A DNA stretch of 63,482 bases, filler included, from Thraustochytrium aureum (taxonomy: Eukaryota), in assembly GCA_012862495.1 (NCBI GenBank). It is 8 parts of 4 records of this genome, joined end to end, with 100 filler letters (N's around TTAATTAATTAA, not from the genome) between each part and the next. Parts side by side here need not be neighbours in the genome. Positions count along the whole stretch, not along the records: positions 46,695 to 50,468 come from BLSG01000178.1; positions 50,569 to 60,619 come from BLSG01000179.1; 6 more parts are not named here. One strand, 5' to 3'. The notes below the pieces were generated by a model. That model was not told where the DNA came from, did no database searches, and was given only the letters and a program-made list of their open reading frames with translations. A program made the translations under genes and the position numbers. This document shows, in pieces, positions 46,815 through 57,896 of the stretch; the first letter of the stretch is position 1, and every line of letters begins with the position of its first letter.

Positions 46815-48931
46815 ATGTTTCGGACGGTCGGCAGCGCGAGGGCAGGCGCGGTGAAGGCGTATGGCGCGCAGGCGGCCGGCGTGAGGGCCTGGCCATGTGG
46901 AAGGGCGAGGAGCTGTTTGACAAGGTGCTGATCGCGAACCGCGGCGAGATTGCGTGCCGCGTGATCGAGTCGTGCCGCAAGATGGGGATCAAGTCGGTGG
47001 CGATCTTCAGCGAGGCAGACAGGTACGCAAAGCACGTGCAGATCGCCGACGAGGCCTACCTGGTCGGCCCCGCGCCCTCCAGCAAAAGCTACCTCAACAT
47101 CGAGCGCATCATGGAGGTCATCGCCGAGACCGGCGCGCAAGCCGTGCACCCCGGGTACGGCTTCCTCTCTGAAAACCACCTCTTCGCCGAGGCGCTCGAG
47201 GCCAAGGGCGTCTCGTTCATCGGCCCCGGCTCGTTCGCGATCACCGCCATGGGCGACAAGATCACCAGCAAAAAGCTGGCCGCCGAGGCGGGCGTGAGCA
47301 CCGTGCCGGGAAGCCTGGCCGTCGTCAAAGAGGACGAGGAGATCAAGGCCATCGCGAACGAGATCGGGTACCCGGTCATGATCAAGGCCTCCGCCGGCGG
47401 CGGCGGCAAGGGGATGCGCATCGCCTACAATGACAAGGAGGCCCTCGAGGGCTTCCGCCTCTCGACCGAAGAGGCCCGCAGCTCGTTCGGCGACGACCGC
47501 ATCTTCATCGAAAAGTTCGTCGAGGAGCCGCGCCACATCGAGATCCAGATCATCGCCGACAAGCACGGCAACGTGGCGGCGCTGCCCGAGCGCGAGTGCA
47601 GCATCCAGCGCCGCAACCAAAAGGTGCTCGAGGAGGCGCCATCCACCTTCCTGGACCCGGCGACGCGCCGCGCCATGCAGCAGCAGGCCATCCAGCTCGC
47701 CAAGGCGGTCAACTACTGCTCGGCCGGCACGGTGGAGATGCTCGTGGACAAGCACAAGAACTTTTACTTTCTCGAGATGAACACGCGCCTGCAGGTCGAG
47801 CACCCCGTGACCGAGCTCGTCGCCGGCGTCGACCTCGTCGAGCAGATGATCCGCGTCGCCGCGGGCCACAAGCTGTCGGACGACCTCCTCGACCCGAACC
47901 GTCCGATCCTGGGCTGGGCGCACGAGGCGCGCGTCTACGCCGAGGACCCGCTCCGCGGGTTCCTCCCCAGCACGGGCCGCCTCGTTGACTACGTCGAGCC
48001 AACCAAGGAGGACGTCCCGAGCGTGCGCGTGGACACCGGCGTGCGCCAAGGCGACGAGATCAGCATCTACTACGATCCGATGATCTCCAAGCTCATCACC
48101 CACGGCGAGACGCGCGAGGAGGCCCTCGAGGCTCTCGAGACGGCCCTCGACCTGTATGCCATCACTGGGCTCGGCAACAACCTCACCTTTTTGCGCGACG
48201 TGACGCGCAACCCGCGCTTCCGCTCGGGCAACATCACCACCAAGTTCATCGAGGAGGAGTACCCTGAGGGCTTCAAGGGCGTCAAGCTCACGGAGGACGA
48301 GCGCCACAAGCTCGCTGTTGTCACCGCCCTTATCAACATGCAGGACAACATGACCAGGGAGTCCATCTCCGGCCGCGTCCGCGAGTCCGTGTGGGAGGAA
48401 GACAAGGTTTGCGTCGTCCAGGTCGACGACGAGACCTTTTACGTCTCTGTGTCTCCGGAGTACGAAGTCACCGTGCGCACGGGCTCACGCGACGCCACGC
48501 CAGAGCCTTTCGAGATCTCCTCGCTCGACTACGTGCCGGGCGAGCTGCTTGTGCGCGCGGAGACCCGCGACGGCCTGATCCTCAACGCCCAAGTTCACGC
48601 GCGCTTGCCGCAGGGGTACCGGATGCAGTTCTGCGGCGCCTCCAAGAGCGTCACCGTGCGGTCGCTGCTCGAGCACGAGCTGAGCAAGCACATGCTGCCA
48701 AAGCCGGAGGTGGACTGGGGCAAGTGGCTGCTCTCGCCGATGCCCGGCACGCTCGTGTCTGTTGCCGTGGCAGAAGGCGACGAGGTCTTTGCGGGCCAAG
48801 AACTCGCCGTCGTCGAGGCCATGAAGATGCAAAACGTGCTCAGGGCCGAGCGTAACGGCGTCGTCAAGAAGGTTTTCCACCCCGCCGGCAGCACGCTGGC
48901 CGTGGACGAGCAGATCCTCGAGTTTGCCTAG
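46815..48931 (+). CDS. PCCA: Propionyl-CoA carboxylase alpha chain, mitochondrial
   Basis: FDKVLIANRGEIACRVI, AVHPGYGFLSEN, IKASAGGGGKGMR, ERECSIQRRNQKV, FLEMNTRLQVEHPVTE, VRVDTGV..GDEISIYYDPMISKLIT and biotinyl motif EAMKM. Likely start ATG 46815 gives an Arg/Ala-rich presequence MFRTVGSARAGAVKAYGAQAAGVR, joined by a 1-nt frameshift near 46887. Confidence 0.92.
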
Positions 48932-49117
48932 GCACACGCACGCGCATCCAGCGTGTCTGTGTCTTGCGCCGAGTTGATGGCCCAAACAAAATGATCGGTT
49001 TTTTCGCAGTTCCGCTCGTGCAGAGCTCGTTTTTGGTCTTGTTTTGGCTATACCTCGTCGCCGACCTCGCCTGTGCTGGACGTCCCCATTTCGGAAAGCG
49101 CTCGGGAGAAAACAACT

Positions 49118-50468
49118 CTACTCGGCCCTCCCTGGCAGCGCCGCCCGCGCTCGCTCGAGCGCCGCTCGCATCTCGGCCTGAAGCACGAGCGGGTTGGCCC
49201 GCCCGTTCGAGAGCCGCATCGCCTGGCCCAGGAAAAATGCAAACAGGGCCTCTTTGCCGTCAAAGAACGACTCGAGGGTCTTGATCCCCTTCTTGCTTTT
49301 CTGGGCCTCAGCCAAGGCCTGGTCGCACAGCGCCCGCAGCTCTGCCGGATCGGAGACTTGGCCGAGGCCGCGCGCCTCTACGATAGCGTCCGGCGCCTGG
49401 AGCGCCTGCCCTCCAAGGGCCGCGTCCAGCGAATCCTTGAGCACGAGCTTGACAGTTGCCGCGACACGAGCCCCGCGCCCTCCATGGCGATCAGACGCCC
49501 CGCGAACGCGGGCGGCAACGGGCATCGGTCCAGCTCCAGGTCGAGCCCGTGGACGAGCCCGACGAGCACGTTGACGATGCTGTTGGCCACCTGGCCGGGC
49601 GGCTGGCCCTCGGCCGCCTCGAGAGCGGCGACAAAGTAGGCCACGCCCCCCGGCTCGCCAAAGAGGACCAGAGCGTCCTCCTCGGGCAGCGCAAACGGGG
49701 CNNNNNNNNNNNNNNNNNNNNCGTCGCGGGCGCGCTGGATTCGCGCCTCGGACAGCACGAGCGGGGGGAGGTCGGGCTCGGGGAAGAACCGATAGTCCGT
49801 GGGCCCCTCCTTCTTGCGCATTAGCGTTGTCACGCCGCGCTGCATGTCGAACGTGCGTGTCTCGTGCAAGGCCTGCGGGTGTTCTGGCGGGTCGGTCTCG
49901 TACATGACGCGCAGCCGCTCGCGCTCAAACTCGATCGCGCGCTGCACGCTTCGGATAGAGTTGAGGTTCTTTACCTCGACGCGATGCGAGTCCACGGCGC
50001 CTGTGGGCCCGCCGTGAATCGAGATGTTCACGTCGAACCGCAGCGAGCCGTCCTGCATGTTTCCATTGCACGTCCCCGCGGTCTCCAGCAGCGTGCGGAT
50101 CCCGTTACAGAAGGCGGCAGCCTCCGGCACGGACTCCACGTCGGGCTCCGTGACGATCTCCATGAGTCCGGCCCCGGCGCGATTCAGGTTGACCAGGTTG
50201 GAGTTGTCTGGGCCTTCGAGGCTGCGTGCAGTGTCCTGCTCGAGCTGGATGCGCGTTACCCGCACGCGCTTGGTGCGCGCGGCCGCCTCCTTGGCGCCTT
50301 TCTTGGCGCCCTTGCGCCCGGCGGGATCCACGACGCGCACATCAAGGTGCCCGCCGGTCACGAGCGGCCACCGCTGCTGCGTCACCTGAAACCCGAGCGG
50401 CGAGTCGCCGTAAAAGTAGTGCTTGCGCTCAAACACCGACACGCGGTTCACGCGCCCTCCGAGCGCCA
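49118..50468 (-). CDS. gatB: Glutamyl-tRNA(Gln) amidotransferase subunit B (organellar GatB/PET112); 5' truncated
   Basis: FERKHYFYGDSPLGFQVTQ, RIQLEQDTA, NLNRAGAGLMEIVTEPD, GNMQDGSLRFDVNIS, VEVKNLNS, DYRFFPEPDLP, and the Yqey-like tail FFLGQAMRLSNGRANP in the next frame. Confidence 0.95.
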
Positions 50469-50568
50469 NNNNNNNNNNNNNNNNNNNNNNNNNNNNNNNN
50501 NNNNNNNNNNNNTTAATTAATTAANNNNNNNNNNNNNNNNNNNNNNNNNNNNNNNNNNNNNNNNNNNN
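50469..50568. other. Artificial scaffold linker
   Basis: N44-TTAATTAATTAA(50513-50524)-N44. Confidence 0.97.
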
Positions 50569-50707
50569 CTTTCCTTTCGTCAAGATTCGATACTTCGTCT
50601 GCCCGCTGTTACCGATCCTTTACTTCGTTCGGGGATTGCTTGGCATTTGATTTGCCGCTCGCGATTGCGGTCAAAGCCTTCGTGCACGTTGTGACTATGA
50701 CAGGGTG

Positions 50708-51958
50708 TCACTGGTGGTTTATGACATGGTGCGGAGCCCGGCCTCCAGCGTAGGCTCCGATGATGTGCCTGGTAAGAACCACCTAGTGGTAGGAGCAGCG
50801 GGATTGGTGTGTTGCTTTTGGAAGGTCTATTTGATTTGGAGTCTGCTGCCGCGTTTCATCTGGTTTTGGCCGTAAATACTCACCTTTTCCTGATAGATTT
50901 CAGGTAAAATGTTGACTTTCCAAAGTTGCTCACATGAATGTTCCACGCCCCCACGCCAAGATGTAGTTGGCAAACGTGTTCGCGGTCGCCGGTGGAAACT
51001 TGTGACCGCCACTGGACCTTGGATTTGCTGACGGTGGATGTCTGGCGCCCATGTGGTCGAACATGTGCTCAACATGGTACTTGTCCTTGGTGCTCGTTGC
51101 GGGGATTGACCACACGTTATAGGTTCTGAAAAGTCCATGTGGGGGCCATGCAGGTAAAGGAACTTGTGGTCCACACTCAATGAGCGTGCATTTTGGACCC
51201 GTTGATCCGGGACAAGTCCCTTGCGTTCCTGACAAGGCAACGTCCATTCCCACACAGGTAGGGAATTCATTATTGACCATGTTCCGGAAGTCCTTGACGC
51301 CCGCACGGACGCCGCATGCATCTTCGAAGAGGCTCTCGGCAGCAGTTTGCTTCGTAAAACCTGGTCGAAGTTGAGGAGGGTAATGCCAACCAAACACATC
51401 AATGGCACGAAGGCAAACACCATACGAGTCTTGCCTGTGGAAGAGGTCTTGGTATGTACCCCACCTTGCGTCAAATGCTCGTGTATAGCCACTGGGCCCA
51501 ATCCAAGGCTGTGTTGGTGGGAACGCCTGTGCATAAATCGACATCGTGGTCCGAACGAATGAAGCGCTGATATCAAAGTTGCTCGCGAGCAACCGTCCTC
51601 CGTTGCTTAGTGCGTCCGCCAACGTCACGAGCTGCCTCCCACGACCATTTGGCAGGCACTTTGCTCCTGCAGGGCACTCGTCGCAGTCGTTCTTGAGTCC
51701 AGCAGGCAGCTTGGTCAGAATACGGCCTTTCAACTTGACTTTCCACTTGCCGTCTTGGTGCCACGGGTTTCCTGCGGGCTTGAACTCGAGCGGGAACACG
51801 CTGGTGCTGAGGACGCCGTTCTTGAGAATGGACTGGAACGACTGCTTCTTCGGCTTGCGGACGCGCGCGAGCGGTTCGGCGTCGCCGTTGCGGTGACTCA
51901 CGCCCATGAAGCACGAAGGGCCTTGACTTGCCTTGCCGTTGTGATTCACAAGGTCGTA
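50708..51958 (-). CDS. Hypothetical Cys/Trp/Gly-rich protein in a lower-GC tract; 5' end in gap; probable 101-bp intron at 50783-50883
   Basis: Open frame of about 340 codons from the gap to 50930. After a G5 run it continues ...EIYQEK, donor AAG|GTGAGT at 50883, acceptor CTAG| at 50783, last exon VVLTRHIIGAYAGGRAPHHVINHQ* with stop at 50708-50710. No family recognised. Confidence 0.55.
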
Positions 51959-53152
51959 NNNNNNNNNNNNNNNNNNNNNNNNNNNNNNNNNNNNNNNNNN
52001 NNNNNNNNNNNNNNNNNNNNNNNNNNNNNNNNNNNNNNNNNNNNNNNNNNNNNNNNNNNNNNNNNNNNNNNNNNNNNNNNNNNNNNNNNNNNNNNNNNNN
52101 NNNNNNNNNNNNNNNNNNNNNNNNNNNNNNNNNNNNNNNNNNNNNNNNNNNNNNNNNNNNNNNNNNNNNNNNNNNNNNNNNNNNNNNNNNNNNNNNNNNN
52201 NNNNNNNNNNNNNNNNNNNNNNNNNNNNNNNNNNNNNNNNNNNNNNNNNNNNNNNNNNNNNNNNNNNNNNNNNNNNNNNNNNNNNNNNNNNNNNNNNNNN
52301 NNNNNNNNNNNNNNNNNNNNNNNNNNNNNNNNNNNNNNNNNNNNNNNNNNNNNNNNNNNNNNNNNNNNNNNNNNNNNNNNNNNNNNNNNNNNNNNNNNNN
52401 NNNNNNNNNNNNNNNNNNNNNNNNNNNNNNNNNNNNNNNNNNNNNNNNNNNNNNNNNNNNNNNNNNNNNNNNNNNNNNNNNNNNNNNNNNNNNNNNNNNN
52501 NNNNNNNNNNNNNNNNNNNNNNNNNNNNNNNNNNNNNNNNNNNNNNNNNNNNNNNNNNNNNNNNNNNNNNNNNNNNNNNNNNNNNNNNNNNNNNNNNNNN
52601 NNNNNNNNNNNNNNNNNNNNNNNNNNNNNNNNNNNNNNNNNNNNNNNNNNNNNNNNNNNNNNNNNNNNNNNNNNNNNNNNNNNNNNNNNNNNNNNNNNNN
52701 NNNNNNNNNNNNNNNNNNNNNNNNNNNNNNNNNNNNNNNNNNNNNNNNNNNNNNNNNNNNNNNNNNNNNNNNNNNNNNNNNNNNNNNNNNNNNNNNNNNN
52801 NNNNNNNNNNNNNNNNNNNNNNNNNNNNNNNAACGCACATTTCGCCTCGCTGCCGCTGCCGAAGCGCTGGGAGGCAACATCCAAGAGCCAGGCCGAGTCT
52901 GCCAACGCTCCAGCGGTTCCCCGCGTCGCAGCCACCGCCCCGAGGTGCTCGGCAACTGCGAGCACGAGCGCAGCGCAGCTCCTGGCGAGATCTTCTTTCC
53001 CTTCTTGGACCCAGCGACGCAAAACCAGTCCGCACAGCGCGGCTTGCTTGGTCCTCAGCGGCACACCCGACGAGCGCCATCCTCGCAAAAACACGTCGGA
53101 TCGCGCTGCTGTGCTGGCGTGCTGCTGCGCGGCGGGGGCGGCCTGGGACGGG

Positions 53153-54789
53153 ATGGCAGCTGGTGGCGAGATTCTGCGCAGCGCCGCGCGGGGCGCGTCG
53201 CTGCTGGCCGGCGTGCAGGTGCTGTCGAGAGGGCTCACGTTCGCGCTGAATGTCGCTCTGGCGAGGACGATGGATGACCCCTCCGCGCTCGGCGTCGCGG
53301 CCGTGCAGCTGTACTTGCTGGACACGCTCGCGCTGACGCTGGCGAGGGAGGGCGTGCGGCGCGTCGGGCTGCGCGTTGCGAGCGAGAAGGGCGGCCGGGG
53401 CGCCTCGGAAACGAGGCGAAGCATGGTCAACCTGACCTGGTGGGTCGTTCTGCTGGGGCTCGCGCTGGCGCTCGGCCTCTGCGCCTGGTTCGACTATGCT
53501 GCCGACCCGCAAGCCCTCGGGGGCGTCTCAAGGGAAGACTATTCGAGGTCGGTGAGGATCATGGGGCTCTCCATAGCGATCGAGCTCTTGGCAGAGCCCA
53601 TGTTTGTCGCCGCGCAGGGCCAGATGCAGTACAAGGCGCGAAGCGTTATTGAGGCCTTGGCGGTGACCGCGCGCTGCCTCGTGCAGGTCCTCGGCGTCGC
53701 GGTCTTGCGACTCAACCTGTCCGCGTTCGCGTACGGCTATGTCGCGTACAGCGCCGTGCTTCTGGTCGGGTACGCCTTCTTCTTTCGCCTGCAGCTGCGC
53801 GACGCCCCAGGCGCCGCACATGCAGGACTCTGGACGCTGGACTCGGCGAGCGACCTCTTGCCCAGCGAACTGCTCCGAGTGAGCGACCCCGAGCTTGTCC
53901 GGCTCGCCCCGAGCGTGACGCTGCAGCAGGTCTGGAAGCTCGTTCTGCAAGAGGGGGAGAAACTGGTCATGATGTCGCTCCACATGGGAGCCGCCGACCA
54001 GGCCGTCTACTCGCTGGTCTTCAACCTTGGCTCGCTCGTGGTCCGGTTCGTGTTCCTCCCCATTGAGGAGAGCGCGTACGCCGTGTTTGGCAAGCTCAAC
54101 GACCTCGCCAAGGCGGAGGCGGCGGAGGCGACCTCCAGCAGGGGCGGCCAGGCGGGTGCCGTGCCGCTGGGGGCGCTCGCCGCGGTCATGATCCGGTCAA
54201 TGACGATCCTGGGCTTGCTCTTCCTCTGTTTCGGGCCGTTCTACTCGCACCTTTTGCTGCACTTGCTGTACGGGGACAAGTGGAGCAACAAGACAGCGGC
54301 GCCCGCCGTGCTCGGCGTGTACTGTTGCTACGTGCTCATCGTCGCCGTGAACGGGATCACGGAGGCCTTTGTGCACGCCGTCGGCGACGAACGCGCCACG
54401 CGCCGCTTCAGCGCCTGGCTCTTCGTCTGCTCGCTCGTCAATCTCGCCGCCTCGGTGGCCTTGTTTCGCTTTCGTGCGGTGGGACTCATCCTCGCCAACT
54501 GCATCAGCATGGCCTTGCGGATCGCGTTCAGTGTGCGCTTCATCTCGCAATGGGGCGGCCCTGCGCCAAAGCATCGAGCGCCGGCGGTCTTGGCGCTCTT
54601 TCCGGAGCCTCTCTCGCTCGCAGCGTTCGCCGCTTGCGCCTTCACCGGTGTCGGCTTCTGAGGCGCGGCTGTACCATGGATTCGCCACGCCGTCGCGGGC
54701 AGCGGCGCACGTCGGCGTCGGTTTGGTCTGCCTCTGCGCGCTGGCCGCTCTCTTGGTCCTTGTTTCGGAGCGGGCTTGGGTGGAGCAGC
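53153..54789 (+). CDS. RFT1: RFT1 (Man5GlcNAc2-PP-dolichol translocation protein); 3' end in gap
   Basis: GASLLAGVQVLSRGLTFALN, LTLAREGVRR, IELLAEPMF, QQVWKLVLQEGEKLVM, YSLVFNLGSLVVRFVFLPIEES, YCCYVLIVAVNGITEAF and GLILANCISMALRI. Frameshift near 54655 continues ...AAHVGVGLVCL. Confidence 0.93.
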
Positions 54790-55448
54790 NNNNNNNNNNN
54801 NNNNNNNNNNNNNNNNNNNNNNNNNNNNNNNNNNNNNNNNNNNNNNNNNNNNNNNNNNNNNNNNNNNNNNNNNNNNNNNNNNNNNNNNNNNNNNNNNNNN
54901 NNNNNNNNNNNNNNNNNNNNNNNNNNNNNNNNNNNNNNNNNNNNNNNNNNNNNNNNNNNNNNNNNNNNNNNNNNNNNNNNNNNNNNNNNNNNNNNNNNNN
55001 NNNNNNNNNNNNNNNNNNNNNNNNNNNNNNNNNNNNNNNNNNNNNNNNNNNNNNNNNNNNNNNNNNNNNNNNNNNNNNNNNNNNNNNNNNNNNNNNNNNN
55101 NNNNNNNNNNNNNNNNNNNNNNNNNNNNNNNNNNNNNNNNNNNNNNNNNNNNNNNNNNNNNNNNNNNNNNNNNNNNNNNNNNNNNNNNNNNNNNNNNNNN
55201 NNNNNNNNNNNNNNNNNNNNNNNNNNNNNNNNNNNNNNNNNNNNNNNNNNNNNNNNNNNNNNNNNNNNNNNNNNNNNNNNNNNNNNNNNNNNNNNNNNNN
55301 NNNNNNNNNNNNNNNNNNNNNNNNNNNNNNNNNNNNNNNNNNNNNNNNNNNNNNNNNNNNNNNNNNNNNNNNNNNNNNNNNNNNNNNNNNNNNNNNNNNN
55401 NNNNNNNNNNNNNNNNNNNNNNNNNNNNNNNNNNNNNNNNNNNNNNNN

Positions 55449-55816
55449 CGCGGCGAGCGCAGATTCGCGCTGCCACGCGCGCCTTGGTCGACGACGAAGA
55501 TGGCGAGGACGACGGCGACGCGGGCGACAAAGAGGAAGAAGACGGGGATGGCGACGGGGATGAAGAGGAAGAAGAAGGCGAGGAAGATGCCGAGGACGTC
55601 GCTGACAACGCTGAAACAGGAGGTGCCCAGCAGGCGCCCGGCACTGCGAATCGGAAAGGGCGAAAAGGCGCCGCGAAGCGAACGAGGACTGGCGACGCGG
55701 AGGAGCGGGGTGACGATGCAGACGGCGCAGTCGCGATGCCGCCGCGCCCCAAACAAGTCTCGCGACGAGAGTCCTGGAAAGACCCGATGGTGTCCGACTC
55801 TTGGCGTGTCTTCTGA
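55449..55816 (+). CDS. C-terminal fragment of an acidic low-complexity protein
   Basis: Open frame from the gap with a D/E-rich tract and a basic NLS-like RKGRKGAAKRTR, ending ...DSWRVF* at 55816. Confidence 0.5.
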
Positions 55817-56074
55817 CTAAAGCCGGGGCCCTTGTACACAATAGGATGTGAGGGCGACGGCGCCTCAACCTGCGTGGGCGCAGGGCGCGGTCAGGCACGC
55901 ACGCCGCTAGCAGCGAGCAAACCACCACTCTACAGCTTTCTCGCGCTTGTATGTAGCGAGCAGGGGCGGCGCGAGCGCCCGTCCGGCCCTCGCCGCTCCC
56001 CAAATGCAATCAAGAATAGTTTCACAATATTGGAAGAAGGTTGCGCCTCGCAGGGCAGGTCTCCATCTGGCCAG

Positions 56075-57207
56075 CTAGGCTGTTTTGCGGTCGCCTGACA
56101 GCTGCTCGTGGTCCGAGGCCTCGAGCTCAAGCAACAGCGAGTCCTCGTCGGGGGTTGAGGCGGCGCCAGACCCTGGCGACAGCGCGGCCTTGGCCTCTTT
56201 AGATCTCGCAGCAGTGGCGCTGGTGTGGTACACGGGCATGGTGGTCCGAACCCTGGTCCTCAGCACGCTGCCACGCGGGATCGTGCCGAGGCTGTAGGGT
56301 CCGTAGCTGGTGCGAATGAGGCGGTCCACGTGCATCCCGACCGCGGCGAGCGCCTTGCGCACCTCCCTGTTCTTTCCTTCTGACACTGTTACCTCGATCC
56401 ACGTTCTGTCCACCTCTCCATCGTCGTCGTTTGGATTCGAGAATGCGCGCCTCTTCTTGTCCCGCCACGCCGCGATGTTGTTCGGGCGCGCCTTGTCAAG
56501 TCCGGCCTTGCGTCGCCGCTGCTCGAAGCGCTTGCTGACCAAGATGGGGCGGAACGCGCCAGTTCGGCTCGAGCTAACGGTGATCCCGCGCGCGAGCCGG
56601 CGCGAGGCGTTCTCCGTGAAGTAGCCCTTTGCCACGCGCGCCAAGTACTTGCGCACAAAGCCGTTTTCCGGGAGCTCCAGCTCGCGCGCGACTTCGCCGT
56701 CGGTGGTCAGCAGAATGAGTCCCTCCGAATCAAAGTCCAGCCGACCCACGGCGATCAAATTTCGCGGGAGGCCCATCGACTCGAGCCGCTGGAACAGCGT
56801 GGGCCTGCCCTCGGGGTCGTTGTAGGTCACCAACTCGCCGCGCAGCTTGTGGCAAAGGAACATGGACCCTGACATTTTCCGCGCCGAAGCGAGCGAGACG
56901 AGCCTGCCGTCCACGTGCACTTGGTCCTCCGGCGCCACGCGCAGCGCGACCGACACGTTCTCCCTGCTCCCGTTCACCGTGACCTTCCCTGCCACAATCA
57001 GCGCCTCCGCCTGCCTCCTCGAGCAAATCCTCGACTCTGCAATCCGCCTGGCCAGCTTCACGCCGCGTGCCGCGTCCTCTTCCGCGACGCCGGCGTCCCC
57101 GCGAGCGCGTGCGTCCGAGCTCGTCCTTCGCGCGTCATATCCACTCAAACCCCATGCATCCTGCCATGCCGGCGCGCGCAGCCCGAGGCGGCCGCCCAGC
57201 CATCCTC
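56075..57207 (-). CDS. RluB/RsuA-family rRNA pseudouridine synthase with S4 domain, probably organellar; 5' end in gap
   Basis: S4: KLARRIAESRICSRRQAEALIVAGKVTVNG. Also HKLRGELVTYNDPEGRPT, catalytic VGRLDFDSEGLILLTTDG, and EGKNREVRK...VDRLIRTSYGPY. Confidence 0.93.
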
Positions 57208-57896
57208 NNNNNNNNNNNNNNNNNNNNNNNNNNNNNNNNNNNNNNNNNNNNNNNNNNNNNNNNNNNNNNNNNNNNNNNNNNNNNNNNNNNNNNNNNNNNN
57301 NNNNNNNNNNNNNNNNNNNNNNNNNNNNNNNNNNNNNNNNNNNNNNNNNNNNNNNNNNNNNNNNNNNNNNNNNNNNNNNNNNNNNNNNNNNNNNNNNNNN
57401 NNNNNNNNNNNNNNNNNNNNNNNNNNNNNNNNNNNNNNNNNNNNNNNNNNNNNNNNNNNNNNNNNNNNNNNNNNNNNNNNNNNNNNNNNNNNNNNNNNNN
57501 NNNNNNNNNNNNNNNNNNNNNNNNNNNNNNNNNNNNNNNNNNNNNNNNNNNNNNNNNNNNNNNNNNNNNNNNNNNNNNNNNNNNNNNNNNNNNNNNNNNN
57601 NNNNNNNNNNNNNNNNNNNNNNNNNNNNNNNNNNNNNNNNNNNNNNNNNNNNNNNNNNNNNNNNNNNNNNNNNNNNNNNNNNNNNNNNNNNNNNNNNNNN
57701 NNNNNNNNNNNNNNNNNNNNNNNNNNNNNNNNNNNNNNNNNNNNNNNNNNNNNNNNNNNNNNNNNNNNNNNNNNNNNNNNNNNNNNNNNNNNNNNNNNNN
57801 NNNNNNNNNNNNNNNNNNNNNNNNNNNNNNNNNNNNNNNNNNNNNNNNNNNNNNNNNNNNNNCAGGAGCAGGAGCAGGCAGGTCGCGGGGGCCGGC

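Noticed and set aside
46643..48307. Long antisense ORFs opposite PCCA, FAS, ProA and the coiled-coil gene
   Set aside because: Expected shadows of GC-rich, codon-biased sense genes; no independent motifs.
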